Source: Nitrospirota bacterium (lineage in GTDB: Bacteria; Nitrospirota; Thermodesulfovibrionia; Thermodesulfovibrionales; SM23-35). From it: a stretch of DNA of 64,000 bases. Below, one piece after another: positions 38,113-45,862 of the stretch. Within the stretch, counting starts at the first letter, position 1. Each line of letters opens with the position of its first letter. A program made the translations under genes and the position numbers. Location of the stretch: contig JBFMDO010000031.1 in the NCBI GenBank assembly GCA_040753615.1, forward strand, positions 2,221 through 66,220. The letters run 5' to 3'. The notes below the pieces were generated by a model, which saw only the letters and a list, made by a program, of their open reading frames with translations, did no database searches and had not been told where the DNA came from.

Positions 38113-41100
38113 TTAAGCAGAATCACACCACTTCTTCGCATTCTGAAACATCTTTAACCAGGGGGATGCTTTGAGGGTTTTTTTCCAGTCCTCTGGCATG
38201 TAAGCCCATTGCCATTTAAGAAAAGTCCTTTCTGGATGGGGCATCATTGCGAGGTGTCTGCCATCAGGTGAACAGAGTGCTGTTATCCCAGAAGGCGAGC
38301 CATTTGGATTGAAAGGATAGGTCTCGGTGAATTCGCCATTATCATCAACAAATCTAACAGGTGCAAGGTCTTTCCCTATAACTTCTTCCTGTATTTTATT
38401 GTCTGGGAAATAAAGCCTTCCCTCTCCATGGGCAATCCATACACCCAATGTAGAGCCTTCCATTCCTTTCAACATTATGGCAGGGCTTGGCAGGATGTGG
38501 ACTGTCGAAAATCTTGATTCAAACCTGCCTGATTTATTATGTATAAATCTTGGTTGCGTATTATCAGGGATTCCTTTCCACGGAATCCAGCCAATAAGTG
38601 CCATAAGCTGGCAGCCATTACATATCCCAAGGCTGAATGTATCAGGTCTTTCATAAAACCTATTGAACTGTTCATAAAGTCTCATGTTAAACCTTATTGT
38701 TCCTGCCCATCCCTTTGCCGAGTCAAGCACATCCGCATAACTAAATCCGCCTATAAAGGCAATACCTCTAAAATCGTCGAGTGTTATTTTATTTTTGAGT
38801 AGATCAGACATTGTTATATCCCAAACTTCAAAACCTGCGTGATAAAAGGCAGATGCCATCTCACGATCACCATTGCTGCCTTCTTCACGGATAATGGCTA
38901 CTTTAGGTTTGATATCAGTTAATCCCCCCAGCCCCCCTTTATAAAAGGGGGGTGAGGGGGGATTTTTATCAAAGGGGGATTCGAGGGGATTTTCAGGGGT
39001 AAATGTTAAGACATATTCAGGTCCTTTTCTGTCAAGATTTACCTTTCGTTCCTCCTCAACACACTCAGGATTAGCCTGCAGCTTATCAAGATGATAGCTC
39101 GTATCCTCCCAGATAGCCCTCAATAACCGCATATCCTCATCCAGAACAGATTCGGTTGAGATTTCAGATTTGAGACTTATTCTTATTCTCGGTTCTGACA
39201 GTGTCTTGCCTATTACCTGATAAGGAACTTCGTGCTCTTTCAATATAGATATTATTTCTTCTTCATTTTCAGCTAAATACTCAATTACCAGCCCAAGTTC
39301 TTCTGAGAATAGAAGAGAAAGTGAAGGATTAACACCCCCCCTTCTCCCCCCCTTGGCAAGGGAGGGATGGGGGGGTAATTCTAAATTAATTTCCATCCCG
39401 CAATTTCCCCCAAATGCCATTTCAAGGAGTGTTGTTATCAATCCTCCATCACTTCTGTCATGCCCTGAGAGGATCATATCTTTTTCTATTAAATGCTGGA
39501 CTGCATTAAATGCATTTTTTAATAATTGGGGATTATTTACATCAGGAGATTCATCACCAATCTGTCCATACACATGGGCTAATGCAGTGCCACCCATTCT
39601 GTATTTTCCATTACCGAGATCAATATAAAGCAACCTGCTTTCACCAGGCATTTTTATATCGGGTGTTATAATCTTTGTAATATCAGGGCAAGTTACATAT
39701 GCAGAGATAACCAGACTTCCTGGCGACTTGACCATCTCTGTCCTGCCTGATAAACCATACACCTTTGCAGCCATTGAAAGGCTGTCCTTGCCACCGTCAA
39801 TCGCGATGCCCAGATCTACCATAATATCTCTTAGTGCTAATGCAGCATCATAAATCCTTGCGCCTTCACCCGGAAGTTTTGCTGCCCACATCCAGTTTCC
39901 TGAGCACTTGATATCCTCAAGTGCACTAACTTTTGCCCAAACAATATTGGTGAGCGCCTCTCCAACACTCATTCGAGCCATTGCCTGTGGACTTATCAAA
40001 CCTTTTATTGGTTGCTCTCCGATTGATATGGCTGCACCTGTCAACCCAAAATGGCTTTGACTTACAACTGCCACATTTGATAAGGTGAGATGGAGCGGTC
40101 CAACGCATTGCTGTTGAGCAATGAGACCGGTAACAGACCTATCAACCTTATTTGTAAGGAATCTTTTTGAGCCCACAGAGACAAGACGCAGAACCCTTTC
40201 GAGGGCATTTTTTATTGTAATCCCCCCTTCTCCCCCCTTTAGCAAAGGGGGGTAGGGGGGGATTTTTAAGGGTTCAAGCCGGGGATTAATTCTCTCTAAA
40301 TTAAAGGTCTTTTGCGGCATCTCACCGAGAACCTTTGATAGATCAAGATTCACAGGTGTACTCCCGTCTATAGCGTCATGGAGAACAATATACCCATCTC
40401 CTGTTATCTCACCTATTACAGAGTACGGAGCCTTTTCTCTTTTGCATATGTCAATAAATATCTGGATTTTTTCAGATTTGATAAGAAGGGCATTATTTTC
40501 CTGATATTCAGCCCCCCATATCTCGAGGACTGAGAGGGTATTATCCCCGAGTTGGATATTTTTTATTTCTACCCTTGCGCCAGCAGGATAAATTATTTCC
40601 TTAACCACATTGCAGTTTCCTCCCGCTCCTTGATCATGTATGCTGACTAATGGATTATCATCTCCCATTTCTACACATGCCCTGATGACCCTGTTAACCT
40701 TTTGCTCCATCTCTGCATCACCGCGCTGTACAGCGCTGAAATCCAGTTCTTCTGTTAGCTCACCAGCTAAAACAGATGAGGCAGCGCCACCGCCAATTCC
40801 TATTCTGTATGCAGGGCCACCTATTTTAACCACGAGCATACCCTTCTGAGGTTCTGCTTTTTCAATATGTCTGCTGTCTATCTGGCCTACTCCGCCTGTA
40901 AACATAATGGGCTTAATCCATTCTCTTCTTTCACCGTCAGGCAATTTTAGTCCAAAAGACCTTGTAAATCCCTGTACCACAGGTTCCCCAAACTTGTTCC
41001 CATAGTCAGATGCACCATTGCTCGCCTCTATCTCTATCTGAAGAGGCGAAGCAAGATTTGATGGATATATGAATAACGGGTCTTCCCATGGTAAAAGATA

Positions 41101-42237
41101 GCCTGGTATCTGTAGATTTCCAACACAATATGCAGCAGTGCCAGCGATAACAAGACTTCCTTTTCCTGTTGCATGCACATCTCTTATTCTTCCTCCTGTG
41201 CCTGTTTCTGCTCCAGGGAATGGAGCCACTCCTGTTGGGAAATTGTGTGTTTCTGCTGTGAAGATGATGTGATAATTTAGTTTTGTATGTTTAAAGGGTG
41301 ATGGCTTGTCTGAATACTCGGGGATTATTGTCCGTATTTCATAGCCCTTGATTCCGCTTGAGTTGTCCTTAAAAGCAATAACACTATTACAGGGCTTAAC
41401 CTTTAAAGGATGTTTTACTATATCTATCAGTGTATGGGGCATTTCTTTTCCATCTATAATCAATCTTCCTTTAAAGAACCAGTGTCTTGAGTGCTCACTA
41501 TTTGATTGGGCAAGGTCAAAACACTCTACATTCGTTGGATTACGACCGATGTCTTTAACAAATAGGTTGTAATAATAATCTAAATCCCATTCATCGAACC
41601 CAAGCCCCATTTCAGTGTTTATTTTTTGTAATGCCTCTTTCCCATCTTCAATCAGTGGTACTATAAAAACAGGCTCTGGTTTTATCCCTATTTCAAATGT
41701 TGTGAGTGGTTCAGGATAGGGACATTCAGTCATCCGGTCATGAATGAGGGCAAGAAAGGGTTCAAGGGTTCGAGGAATCAAGGGTCCGAGTGATTCAAAG
41801 ATGCTCTCTTGATCCTTTGACCCCTTGAATCCTTGAATCCTTTCGTTAAACTGTAGTTTATATCTTCTCGATCTTTCTATCCGTGTAATCTTTCTAATGC
41901 CGCACGCATGGCATATAGATACTGCATTAGTTGACCATGCAGTTGTAAAATTCATTCGTGGACCAACCTCAAAAATAAATTTCGGAGTTCGGAGTTCGGA
42001 GTTCGGAGATAAAAAGCTTCCCTCTGAAAAATTCTCAGGCTCGAAAGTCTCTGCAAAAAGCCAGCGAAGAATATAAAGCTCATCTTCTGAAAGCAGTTCA
42101 CTCGTCTCAATGTTAAAGCAGAATTCTGCCTCTATATCTCTTATCTCGGGAGCAACCTTCTGCTGTACAAATGACAATAGCTCTTTTTTCTTTTCCAGTG
42201 AAAGTGCTGGCTTTCGATAAAAATGCAATAGATTCAT
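38113..42237 (-). CDS. purL: Phosphoribosylformylglycinamidine synthase, single-chain large PurL, carrying five in-frame repeat insertions
   Basis: 1374 aa. N-terminal PurS-like domain, duplicated AIR-synthase-like FGAM domains, and a C-terminal glutaminase (GICNGCQLM, HGEG). About 80 aa longer than the ~1295-aa E. coli-type enzyme. Confidence 0.95.
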   Translation of the reverse strand: MNLLHFYRKPALSLEKKKELLSFVQQKVAPEIRDIEAEFCFNIETSELLSEDELYILRWLFAETFEPENFSEGSFLSPNSELRTPKFIFEVGPRMNFTTAWSTNAVSICHACGIRKITRIERSRRYKLQFNERIQGFKGSKDQESIFESLGPLIPRTLEPFLALIHDRMTECPYPEPLTTFEIGIKPEPVFIVPLIEDGKEALQKINTEMGLGFDEWDLDYYYNLFVKDIGRNPTNVECFDLAQSNSEHSRHWFFKGRLIIDGKEMPHTLIDIVKHPLKVKPCNSVIAFKDNSSGIKGYEIRTIIPEYSDKPSPFKHTKLNYHIIFTAETHNFPTGVAPFPGAETGTGGRIRDVHATGKGSLVIAGTAAYCVGNLQIPGYLLPWEDPLFIYPSNLASPLQIEIEASNGASDYGNKFGEPVVQGFTRSFGLKLPDGERREWIKPIMFTGGVGQIDSRHIEKAEPQKGMLVVKIGGPAYRIGIGGGAASSVLAGELTEELDFSAVQRGDAEMEQKVNRVIRACVEMGDDNPLVSIHDQGAGGNCNVVKEIIYPAGARVEIKNIQLGDNTLSVLEIWGAEYQENNALLIKSEKIQIFIDICKREKAPYSVIGEITGDGYIVLHDAIDGSTPVNLDLSKVLGEMPQKTFNLERINPRLEPLKIPPYPPLLKGGEGGITIKNALERVLRLVSVGSKRFLTNKVDRSVTGLIAQQQCVGPLHLTLSNVAVVSQSHFGLTGAAISIGEQPIKGLISPQAMARMSVGEALTNIVWAKVSALEDIKCSGNWMWAAKLPGEGARIYDAALALRDIMVDLGIAIDGGKDSLSMAAKVYGLSGRTEMVKSPGSLVISAYVTCPDITKIITPDIKMPGESRLLYIDLGNGKYRMGGTALAHVYGQIGDESPDVNNPQLLKNAFNAVQHLIEKDMILSGHDRSDGGLITTLLEMAFGGNCGMEINLELPPHPSLAKGGRRGGVNPSLSLLFSEELGLVIEYLAENEEEIISILKEHEVPYQVIGKTLSEPRIRISLKSEISTESVLDEDMRLLRAIWEDTSYHLDKLQANPECVEEERKVNLDRKGPEYVLTFTPENPLESPFDKNPPSPPFYKGGLGGLTDIKPKVAIIREEGSNGDREMASAFYHAGFEVWDITMSDLLKNKITLDDFRGIAFIGGFSYADVLDSAKGWAGTIRFNMRLYEQFNRFYERPDTFSLGICNGCQLMALIGWIPWKGIPDNTQPRFIHNKSGRFESRFSTVHILPSPAIMLKGMEGSTLGVWIAHGEGRLYFPDNKIQEEVIGKDLAPVRFVDDNGEFTETYPFNPNGSPSGITALCSPDGRHLAMMPHPERTFLKWQWAYMPEDWKKTLKASPWLKMFQNAKKWCDSA
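38921..38999. repeat. G/C-run palindromic element, subfamily A, plus an adjacent GGATTCGAGG-word segment, in-frame in purL
   Basis: AATCCCCCCAGCCCCCCTTTATAAAAGGGGGGTGAGGGGGGATTT, then ...AAAGGGGGATTCGAGGGGATTTTCAGGGG. Gene-sense peptide: ENPLESPFDKNPPSPPFYKGGLGGLTD. Confidence 0.85.
39331..39377. repeat. G/C-run palindromic element, subfamily B, in-frame in purL
   Basis: AACACCCCCCCTTCTCCCCCCCTTGGCAAGGGAGGGATGGGGGGGTAA on the + strand. The gene-sense strand encodes LPPHPSLAKGGRRGGVN, which parallels the hemC 27733 element. Confidence 0.85.
40219..40284. repeat. G/C-run palindromic element, subfamily A, plus an adjacent GGGTTCAAG word, in-frame in purL
   Basis: AATCCCCCCTTCTCCCCCCTTTAGCAAAGGGGGGTAGGGGGGGATTT followed by TTAAGGGTTCAAGCCGGGG. 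Gene-sense peptide: RLEPLKIPPYPPLLKGGEGGITIK. Confidence 0.85.
41758..41840. repeat. Long imperfect inverted repeat of GGNTTCAAG/TTCGAGG words, in-frame in purL
   Basis: GGGTTCAAGGGTTCGAGGAATCAAGGGTCCGAG...GATCCTTTGACCCCTTGAATCCTTGAATCC. The arms are about 75 percent complementary by eye. Encodes ERIQGFKGSKDQESIFESLGPLIPRTLEP. Confidence 0.75.
41981..42008. repeat. Perfect heptanucleotide tandem repeat (TTCGGAG)x4 inside purL
   Basis: TTCGGAGTTCGGAGTTCGGAGTTCGGAG read directly from the sequence. Gene-sense (CTCCGAA)4 encodes SPNSELRTPK. Confidence 0.9.
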
Positions 42238-42277
42238 TGAAATTTTATTTTAGCAGAAATGGAAAGGCAAATAATTA

Positions 42278-42829
42278 TTAAATGATATCTATCCCATCTG
42301 GACGGCAAAAAACCTTTCCTCCGAGGTGATGAAGGGTCTTTGCTTCATCAAGATCAACCTTGAGATGCTCCTCAAATATGCCCTCTTTTACAGAAGCAGC
42401 CACTACCTCTCCTACAAATATGGTATGATCTCCTGCCTTGTAGTGAGAATATAGTTTACATTCGATATTGCCAATACATTCCTTGATGAGAGGAGCATTA
42501 ACCTTTTGTGCCTTAACCTGAGTGAGTTTACAGATTTTGAATTTGTCAATATCCCTTCCTGATTGTGTTCCACAACATAAAACCTCTTTAATCATCTTAG
42601 TATTGGGGATATTGATAACAAATTCGCAGCTCTCTAAGATAAGTTTGTGAGAAAATCTCTCATGTCCTATTGCAATAGCAACAAGCATTGGTTTGAAACT
42701 CACAGGCATCTGCCATGCAGCGGTCATAACATTAATTTTTTCTCCTGATCTGGATGTTATTAGCACAGTCGGACCATGATTTATCAAACGGTTGGCTTTT
42801 GCTATAGGTATGTTTTTGAAATCACTCAT
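42278..42829 (-). CDS. Flavin reductase-like FMN-binding protein
   Basis: 183 aa. LINHGPTVLITSRSGEKINVMTAAWQMPVSFKPMLVAIAIG is typical of the flavin reductase (DIM6/NTAB) domain. The start overlaps the purB stop. Confidence 0.8.
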   Translation of the reverse strand: MSDFKNIPIAKANRLINHGPTVLITSRSGEKINVMTAAWQMPVSFKPMLVAIAIGHERFSHKLILESCEFVINIPNTKMIKEVLCCGTQSGRDIDKFKICKLTQVKAQKVNAPLIKECIGNIECKLYSHYKAGDHTIFVGEVVAASVKEGIFEEHLKVDLDEAKTLHHLGGKVFCRPDGIDII

Positions 42830-44127
42830 TAATCTTTCCCAAAAACCCTTTTAAAAATATAATCTACATTTCTCAGATAATAGTCGAGGGCGAAAATCTT
42901 CTCGATCTCTTTTGTCGTCAGATATTTCTTAACATCCTTATCCTTTAATAATAACTTCTTAAACTGAATCCCTGTCTTCCAGCTCTTCATTGCATTTTTC
43001 TGTACTATACTATATGCGTCTTCACGAGTGAGTCCCTTTTCTACGAGTGCAATCATTACCCTCTGAGAGGTATAGAGACCATAACTCCTGTCCATGTTTT
43101 CCTTCATCCTTTTCGGGTAGACGTGTAGTCCATCGAGGATACTCTTAATCCTGTCGAGCATATAATCAACAAGCATAGAGCTGTCAGGAATAATCACACG
43201 TTCTACAGAAGAATGCGAGATGTCCCTCTCATGCCATAAAGCAATATTTTCAATGGCTGCCATTGCATTTGATCTCACGAGTCTCGCAAGACCCGAAAGG
43301 TTTTCACAGCCAACAGGGTTACGCTTATGGGGCATTGCTGATGAGCCTTTCTGCCCTGCCGTAAACGGCTCTTCAGCCTCAAGGACTTCTGACCTCTGGA
43401 GATGTCTTATCTCGATAGCTATCTTTTCTATAGAAGCCGCAATCAGTGCCAGTGTTGTAAGATACTCTGCATGCCTGTCTCTTTGCACTACCTGTGTTGC
43501 AATAAGTTCTGGTTCCAAGCCGAGTTTTTTACAGACCTTTTCTTCAATTACAGGAGGAATATTCGAGAATGTGCCAACTGCGCCTGAAAGTTTTCCAATG
43601 CTTATTATTTCTTTTGCCCTCTTCATCCTTTCAAGGTTTCTTTTCATATCTTCATGCCAGAGGGCAAATTTGAGGCCAAATGTCATGGGTTCTGCATGGA
43701 CACCATGGCTCCTTCCCATCATTGGTGTATTTTTATATTTAAACGCCTGTTGTTTAACAACATCCATAAGCTCATGGATATCGTTGATGATAATATCAGA
43801 GGCATCTCTCATGAGAAGGGCAAGGGCTGTATCGAGTATGTCAGATGATGTTAACCCTTTATGGACAAATCTTGATTCAGGACCAATATTATGAGATAGA
43901 GATGTAAGAAAAGCAATAACATCATGCTTAACAACATTTTCTATCTCGTCAATCTCATGGACATCAAATTTAGACTTTCTCCTTATAGCCTTCAGGGCAT
44001 CTCTTGGTATCTCTCCAATCTCTGCCCATGCCTCACACACAGCAATCTCTACATTAAGCCATTTCTGGTATTTTGTCTCAATATCCCATAATTTACCCAT
44101 CTCTGGGCGTGTATAACGTGGTATCAT
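42829..44127 (-). CDS. purB: Adenylosuccinate lyase
   Basis: Signature GSSAMPHKRNP. Start moved to ATG 44127 (MIPRYTRPEMGKLWD, the conserved PurB N-terminus) with an AGGAGA RBS. The 39-codon ORF-track extension runs into an intergenic hairpin repeat. Confidence 0.95.
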   Translation of the reverse strand: MIPRYTRPEMGKLWDIETKYQKWLNVEIAVCEAWAEIGEIPRDALKAIRRKSKFDVHEIDEIENVVKHDVIAFLTSLSHNIGPESRFVHKGLTSSDILDTALALLMRDASDIIINDIHELMDVVKQQAFKYKNTPMMGRSHGVHAEPMTFGLKFALWHEDMKRNLERMKRAKEIISIGKLSGAVGTFSNIPPVIEEKVCKKLGLEPELIATQVVQRDRHAEYLTTLALIAASIEKIAIEIRHLQRSEVLEAEEPFTAGQKGSSAMPHKRNPVGCENLSGLARLVRSNAMAAIENIALWHERDISHSSVERVIIPDSSMLVDYMLDRIKSILDGLHVYPKRMKENMDRSYGLYTSQRVMIALVEKGLTREDAYSIVQKNAMKSWKTGIQFKKLLLKDKDVKKYLTTKEIEKIFALDYYLRNVDYIFKRVFGKD

Positions 44128-44217
44128 GACTTTTCTCCTATAAAGATATCCTTTATTCTTTAATTCATCTGTACAATATACTAATATAAACGCATTTATT
44201 GTTTTTACATTTCTGTC

Positions 44218-44296
44218 ACCCTGAACTCGTTTCAGGGTCTCCAATCCTGAACTTGATTCAGGATTGGTTTTTTAGATGCTGAAACAAGTTCAGCAT
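44218..44296 (+). repeat. Cluster of three tandem hairpins sharing a CTGAA/TTCAG core; the middle one is terminator-like
   Basis: Hairpin 1: ACCCTGAA-CTCG-TTCAGGGT (44218-44237). Hairpin 2: CCAATCCTGAA-CTTGA-TTCAGGATTGG (44241-44267), followed by TTTTTT. Hairpin 3: ATGCTGAA-ACAAG-TTCAGCAT (44276-44296). Confidence 0.8.
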
Positions 44297-44447
44297 GACA
44301 CATTATATAATGCGTTATCATTAATAATTTTTTCGGGTTATAATTACCCCGAACATATTCTACCATTGAAGGCATCTAAAATTCAGGATAACCGTTTAGG
44401 GTTGTCATAACCCGTTAAAGAAAACCCATTGACCTTATTTTGATAAT

Positions 44448-45854
44448 GTGATAGAAAAAGATATGAGCGAAAAACAAAAAATCCTCTCAAATCTGCCTTC
44501 TGTTGATGAAATCATAAAGAGCGAGAATGGTATAATATGGTTATCTTCCTATCCACGAAGGTATGTGCTTCAGGCTGTGAGGGAGGCTATTGACTTGAGA
44601 AGAAAAAGAATAATCAGCGGCATTGATACTGATTTCTCAGAAGGAAGTTTAGTGGCAGATATCGAAAATAACATCGAAAGATTTTCTTCATATAGTTTGA
44701 AGCCTCTTATAAATGCAACAGGCGTCGTAATCCACACAAACCTCGGACGTTCGGTCCTTTCTGAAGAAGTGCTTGAAAATATAAGCCTTATCGCTGGGAA
44801 CTATTCGAATCTTGAATATGATATTGAAAAAGGGGAAAGAGGAAAAAGATATGTTCATATAAAACGAATCCTTAGAGAGATTACAGGCGCTGAGGATGCG
44901 CTTGTTGTTAATAACAATGCTGCAGCGGTTCTGCTATGTCTCAATACACTTTCGAAAGGGAAAGAGGTGATTGTTTCGAGGGGAGAACTCGTTGAGATCG
45001 GAGGTTCTTTTAGAATGCCTGAGATAATGACAGCAAGCGGAGCAATACTTCGTGAGGTCGGGACAACAAATAAAACACATAAATATGACTACGAAAAGGC
45101 AATCAATGAGAATACCGCACTCATCTTAAAGGTTCACAAGTCCAATTTCAGGGTTGCAGGATTTGCCGAAGAAGTACCTATAGAAGACCTTGTGGACATA
45201 GCTAAAAAATATAAAATACCTGTTATTTTTGATCTGGGAAGCGGATGCCTTATGGATTTAAGACCTTTTGGAATCCATAATGAGCCTGTTGTTGAGGATA
45301 TTGTTAAAACAGGGGTTGATATAGTCACATTCAGCGGCGATAAACTTCTGGGCGGCCCGCAAGGGGGTGTGATTGTGGGTAAAACAGATGTTATTAAGAA
45401 AATCCGGAAGAATCCGCTGACACGGGCGATAAGAATAGATAAACTTACCCTCGCAGGCTTAGAGGCAACACTCATGGAATATATTGATGAAGAAAAGGCG
45501 ATTAAAAATGTCCCGATATTAAGAATGCTCCTTCAGAAACCTGAGGAATTAAAAAGGCGCGCAAATAAGGTAGCCAAAAGATTAAAAGAAGTAAAAGATA
45601 TTGGCATTACTGTTATGGAAGATTCATCGAGGGCAGGTGGAGGATCTCTTCCCGAGATAGATCTTCTGACTTATGTGGTTTCGATAAAATCAAATAAAAT
45701 CTCTGTTAATCAACTTGAAGAAAGACTGAGAAAAGGGCGGCCAGCTATCATATCAAGGATAAAAGAGGACTCCTTAATAATTGATGTAAGGACAGTAAGA
45801 GATAAGGATTTAGGGGACCTTATAAAAGGAATTAAAACAGCCTTATCTTATTAA
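44448..45854 (+). CDS. selA: L-seryl-tRNA(Sec) selenium transferase
   Basis: 468 aa. N-terminal LPSVDEII...YPRR and the PLP-lysine motif FSGDKLLGGPQGG. The true start may be ATG 44463 (MSEKQK) rather than GTG 44448. Confidence 0.9.
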   Translation: MIEKDMSEKQKILSNLPSVDEIIKSENGIIWLSSYPRRYVLQAVREAIDLRRKRIISGIDTDFSEGSLVADIENNIERFSSYSLKPLINATGVVIHTNLGRSVLSEEVLENISLIAGNYSNLEYDIEKGERGKRYVHIKRILREITGAEDALVVNNNAAAVLLCLNTLSKGKEVIVSRGELVEIGGSFRMPEIMTASGAILREVGTTNKTHKYDYEKAINENTALILKVHKSNFRVAGFAEEVPIEDLVDIAKKYKIPVIFDLGSGCLMDLRPFGIHNEPVVEDIVKTGVDIVTFSGDKLLGGPQGGVIVGKTDVIKKIRKNPLTRAIRIDKLTLAGLEATLMEYIDEEKAIKNVPILRMLLQKPEELKRRANKVAKRLKEVKDIGITVMEDSSRAGGGSLPEIDLLTYVVSIKSNKISVNQLEERLRKGRPAIISRIKEDSLIIDVRTVRDKDLGDLIKGIKTALSY

Positions 45855-45862
45855 ATAAATCA

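Noticed and set aside
44128-44244. 39-codon N-terminal extension of purB in the ORF track (METLKRVQGDRNV...).
   Set aside because: The conserved PurB N-terminus MIPRYTRPEMGKLW starts at ATG 44127 with a good RBS. The extension is read-through of the intergenic hairpin repeat.
44241-44273. The 11-bp hairpin plus T6, considered as the terminator of purB or selA.
   Set aside because: The orientation is wrong for purB (minus strand; the T-run is on the + strand and lies upstream of the purB start). It also lies upstream, not downstream, of selA. It is kept only as an orphan terminator-like element.
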